Made by a program: the position numbers and the translations under genes
Shown here: positions 60,356 through 64,000 of the stretch, piece after piece
How the letters are laid out: each line of letters starts with the position of its first letter
Position numbering within the stretch: the stretch's first letter is position 1
The notes under the pieces: model-generated
Database searches by the model: none
The model's input: only the letters and a program-made list of their open reading frames with translations
What the model was told of the DNA's origin: nothing
Virus record (IMG/VR): IMGVR_UViG_3300028045_000010
Span: 8,060-72,059 of that record
Strand: one strand, 5' to 3'
Source: a virus
DNA: 64,000 bases

Positions 60356-60523
60356 CTATTTATTTTCTTTTATTTCACTAATTAATTGATAATATTTTTT
60401 TTCTAAAATATCTATTTCATCTAATACAGAATCTACAACTTTCTTTTTTTCATTAAAGTTATCAACAACATCTTGCAACTCTCTCAGTAGTTGTGTTTTG
60501 GATTTTTTAACCGCTTTTTCCAT
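60356..60523 (-). CDS. 55-aa coiled-coil hypothetical protein
   Basis: Translated by hand (MEKAVKKSKTQLL...EIKENK); fills the operon gap. Confidence 0.55.
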   Translation of the reverse strand: MEKAVKKSKTQLLRELQDVVDNFNEKKKVVDSVLDEIDILEKKYYQLISEIKENK

Positions 60524-60532
60524 AATAATTAA

Positions 60533-60949
60533 TTAAGTAGCAACTGCATTTCCTCCTTGAGGAAGTGGATTTTGACCTACACTGACAACTGGGCCTCCTG
60601 CATTTCCTCCATTACTTTGTACTAGCATACCCGCATCTACTGCTATATCTATTCTCATGTCTGACTGTATTGAATCTACAATCTCATCAGAAACAAGTTT
60701 AGTATATTCTTCCATAACATTTGTAGCGCCTCCCACCAGTGGGCCAGATGGAATTCCTATCTTATCAAATTTAGATATTATATTTGAAGAGATTGAATCA
60801 CTGTCTAAACCTGGTCTTAAGTCAGCTAGTAATATTTGAAACAAACCTAACTTAGGAATTCTAATTTTGTCAAATTCAAAAAGAAATGAAATAAATTTAG
60901 CTAGTCCATCAGAATTTTGTAATTTTTTATTTGGTTTTATACATCCCAT
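60533..60949 (-). CDS. hypothetical baseplate-associated protein
   Basis: RPGL...GIPSGP...GGNAGGPVV. Confidence 0.55.
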   Translation of the reverse strand: MGCIKPNKKLQNSDGLAKFISFLFEFDKIRIPKLGLFQILLADLRPGLDSDSISSNIISKFDKIGIPSGPLVGGATNVMEEYTKLVSDEIVDSIQSDMRIDIAVDAGMLVQSNGGNAGGPVVSVGQNPLPQGGNAVAT

Positions 60950-60974
60950 AATTATAAATACTTAGATAATATTT

Positions 60975-63900
60975 TTATATTTTATTAGAAAAGTTAAATA
61001 TATCATTAATCCCACTAGTGTCGAACGCATTTTTATAAGCTGCCGCTTTAGATGCTACATCTGATATCTTATCAGCATTTTTTAATAGACTAAATCGTTC
61101 TAACATTTTTTTTCTTAATTTTATTATTTTTTCTAAAGCCTTTTCTTGTATTAGCTTTTTTATTTTAGGCTTTATTTCAGATAAAAGCTTTTCTAATAAC
61201 ATAGATAAAACTAAAGCATAAAGAGAGTCTATCAAACTTTGTGAAAAAGCAGACTTCTTTTTAAAATCTTCTTTATCTCCGCTCTTACAAGCATTAGTTA
61301 TTTCACAAGGGCTAGATAATATTTCTGACGGATTAATATTAGGCTGATTAGTTTTTGAAAGTTCTCTATTTATAAAAGAAAAAACATCTCCTACAATTGG
61401 GTTTACTGAAAATGCTACACTTACATATTGTAATATTTTATCCATTAATATTTGGAAAAAACTTTTTTTGACCTGATTTCCATCTGCTGCATTTCTTTGA
61501 GCTTGAACTTCGTTTTGCATAAAGTTAGACAATAAAGTAAATGATGTTGCTGGGTTCGGCCTATCTGCCTCAGGCACCCCAGAAACTTCAGATGAAACTA
61601 AATCAAATTCTTCTATAAAATTTTCTGGTAATGATATTTCTACTTTTTGACAAGATATAAATAATTCTATTTTTCCTTTTTTTAATTGCTCTTTTAGTTC
61701 TACTCTATTGAATTCTAGTTGCTTATCTGTTTCGCTAGGATTATTAGTCACAGAAAACATAGCCTCACCACAAGCTGCAGAGTTTAATAGCTTTTCCTGC
61801 GTTTCTGGGTCTTCGCTCATTAATTCTTTAGGTCCAAATAACATTGTCATTATTTGTTTTACCAATTCTCTTTTTCCTAAAATTAACTCTGGTAATAAGT
61901 ATTTATTTAGATATTGTATGTTTGTTAAGCCTATATCTAGTGGATTTATGGCAATAAGAGAGGAGATTGTATTTGATATGTCTTCAGATATTCCTTGACC
62001 AACCTCTTGAAATACAGCCCCTAACTCACCTCCAAATCTTGTTTCTTTAGGAACATCTAAATTTCCAACTGGTATATTTTCTAACGCCTCAGACTCTTCA
62101 ATCTCTTCAGCGCTAACTCCTTCAGTCGAAGGAATTTCTCCTATTACTAAATTAATCGTTTCGCTTCCATCTGGGTTAATTGTAACCTGTTCTGTTATGG
62201 CAGTTCCTGCAGCAGGATACTCAACTCCATCAATTTCAAACCGCACACCATGTTGATATTTAACTTGTTCGTAAGATTTCTTAAGAGTTTCATTATTCCT
62301 AGTGGATGCTGTAAAATTTGGTAAAGAAATATTATTAGTTACATTAAACACTATTTCTTTGCTAACTTTTGGATACTGTTTAGATAGGCCTGTAGACTCG
62401 TCTATAACAACCTCATCTCCGTTATTTTGAATTATATATTGATAATTTTCAGCGTCCAGCTCTAAATCTGATAAGTAATCTATAGATTCATCGGGTTGTA
62501 AAATAAATAATCTTTCAAAAGTCGGTAGATTTGGATTGTTATTTTCAACCTTAAGAGTTAAAGTAAGACTTCCATCATCTTCATTAGCTTTAATGGAATT
62601 ATGATAATTCTCTTCTGAAGAATTGTCAATTTTTGTATTTCCCCCTATTGTGTTTGAAAAATAATATCCTATAGGCTGGCCTTCTATAGTGTAGTAATAT
62701 GCTACAGTACTTTCTTTTGGATAAACAATTCCATTGGGCGGTGTAAATCCTGTTTGTTGAGCTTCTTGCTTTAGTTGTCTTGTAACTTCTGCCACAGTTC
62801 TATATCCATTAGCCCCTTCTAATGTGGTAAACCTAGTAAAAGGAGGATACTCTGTGTCTGAGTCGAAGCTTGTGGAATCTCCGTTTATTGATGGGAAAAT
62901 AGTAGTTCTTATTTCAAGTCCGAGTGGTCCATCTATTATACTAGAACTATAGGTATAAGTAAAAGAAGGCGACCCAGAAACTGTACTACCAGAAAGTAAG
63001 TTGTCAACCTCTTCAGTAGATGCGGTAGATTCTGTTGAACCTGTCGATTCTGTTGAGCCAGTAATAGTTAATAAATTATTATCTTCTAATTGAAAATTTA
63101 AAACATTATCTTTACCTCCTAATATTGTAAAAAACTCTTCCGTTTTCTCTTTGAAGGCATCAAAATCATATGATGACTTTACATTATATTTAGAAGACGC
63201 CAAATCTTTTATACTATAATTCCCTTCTCCATCTGTAGCAACTATCAATCTAGGTTCTGCATCTAAAATCTCAACATAAGCTCCTGGTATAGGTTCATTT
63301 TCTGTGTCAGTAACTTTTCCTACTAAATTTCCAAAAGGCAGAGATATTGTTGATATTTCAGTTGATGTCTTAGGATAGTTCATGCCCTCATTAACAAATC
63401 CAACTTCATTAGCTTTCTGTTGTAATTCAGATATAATTTCTTCAGAAGTTTTTTCACCAACTTCTGAAGGTGAATATATTATGTCAAAGTCATGAAAAAC
63501 GCTATCATAATTGTTTTTTACTGTTACTATTATGTCCTGAGGTCCAACATTGGGAGATGGAGGGTTGGGTGCTGTGCCCCCTTCACTTATGGGTATAGTT
63601 TCATTTATTGAAGGATACTCAATGCCCCCTTCATAAAACCCAAGTAATTTTGCTCTCTCCATTAAAATTGTTAATATTTCTTCTGGAGTTTGTGAACCAC
63701 CATATGAAATAGAGAAATCTTTTAATCCATAGCTGTTTGTAACTCTATAGTCAAATCCAAATTCAGGTGATTCTGCATTTTCCAAGAAATAGTCATATTG
63801 AATAGTGCCACTATTTTGTGAATTAACCGTCTCTCCTATTGCATCCCCTTCAAGTTCTGCAGGTTCTGTTCTTGAAAAGAATTTATATTCTAAAAATTCG

Positions 63901-64000
63901 AATTGTCTAAAATCTTCAGTGTTTTGTGTAGTTGTTGAACCTGAAGTTGAACCTGAAGTTGAACCTGAAGTTGAACCTGAAGTTGAACCTGAAGCTTCTG
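60975..64000 (-). CDS. large multidomain virion protein, 5' end truncated by the window
   Basis: Frame stays open from 63785 to the window end; carboxypeptidase-regulatory-like domain (VGKVTD..NEPIPGAYV...TDGEGNY). Confidence 0.65.
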   Translation of the reverse strand, partial: EASGSTSGSTSGSTSGSTSGSTTTQNTEDFRQFEFLEYKFFSRTEPAELEGDAIGETVNSQNSGTIQYDYFLENAESPEFGFDYRVTNSYGLKDFSISYGGSQTPEEILTILMERAKLLGFYEGGIEYPSINETIPISEGGTAPNPPSPNVGPQDIIVTVKNNYDSVFHDFDIIYSPSEVGEKTSEEIISELQQKANEVGFVNEGMNYPKTSTEISTISLPFGNLVGKVTDTENEPIPGAYVEILDAEPRLIVATDGEGNYSIKDLASSKYNVKSSYDFDAFKEKTEEFFTILGGKDNVLNFQLEDNNLLTITGSTESTGSTESTASTEEVDNLLSGSTVSGSPSFTYTYSSSIIDGPLGLEIRTTIFPSINGDSTSFDSDTEYPPFTRFTTLEGANGYRTVAEVTRQLKQEAQQTGFTPPNGIVYPKESTVAYYYTIEGQPIGYYFSNTIGGNTKIDNSSEENYHNSIKANEDDGSLTLTLKVENNNPNLPTFERLFILQPDESIDYLSDLELDAENYQYIIQNNGDEVVIDESTGLSKQYPKVSKEIVFNVTNNISLPNFTASTRNNETLKKSYEQVKYQHGVRFEIDGVEYPAAGTAITEQVTINPDGSETINLVIGEIPSTEGVSAEEIEESEALENIPVGNLDVPKETRFGGELGAVFQEVGQGISEDISNTISSLIAINPLDIGLTNIQYLNKYLLPELILGKRELVKQIMTMLFGPKELMSEDPETQEKLLNSAACGEAMFSVTNNPSETDKQLEFNRVELKEQLKKGKIELFISCQKVEISLPENFIEEFDLVSSEVSGVPEADRPNPATSFTLLSNFMQNEVQAQRNAADGNQVKKSFFQILMDKILQYVSVAFSVNPIVGDVFSFINRELSKTNQPNINPSEILSSPCEITNACKSGDKEDFKKKSAFSQSLIDSLYALVLSMLLEKLLSEIKPKIKKLIQEKALEKIIKLRKKMLERFSLLKNADKISDVASKAAAYKNAFDTSGINDIFNFSNKI
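63934..63994 (-). repeat. 12-bp tandem repeat (gttgaacctgaa)x5 encoding SGST
   Basis: Five copies visible in the sequence. Confidence 0.85.

Overview
Very AT-rich, gene-dense segment of a large T4-like/jumbo myovirus-type phage. The host is probably a Bacteroidetes bacterium, judging from TAnnTTTG -7 promoter motifs, A-rich SD-less starts and an outer-membrane beta-barrel gene. The right half (31.7-64 kb) is a baseplate/tail-fibre module with gp25, gp6, a gp5-N OB fold and three Peptidase_G2-type fibres. The middle holds an SbcD-SbcC fusion, primase, RuvC-like resolvase, SNF2-like helicase and an amidase endolysin. The left part is an accessory region where putative head-targeted late genes (+ strand) interleave with host-promoter genes (- strand). 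Highlights: (1) an operon of mini-genes at 8.5-9.7 kb built from short fragments of a gp23-type major capsid protein (including the segment equivalent to the T4 Gol peptide) and a gp18-type tail sheath, each tagged with a recurrent YKRxLLIE peptide; (2) a minimal RNase P RNA; (3) a tRNA array under a putative leader-peptide attenuator that includes a permuted tRNA/YrlA-like RNA, an 8/4 tRNA-Ser, other aberrant tRNAs and an unassigned rod-like ncRNA. All family assignments are by motif recognition only; no searches were run.
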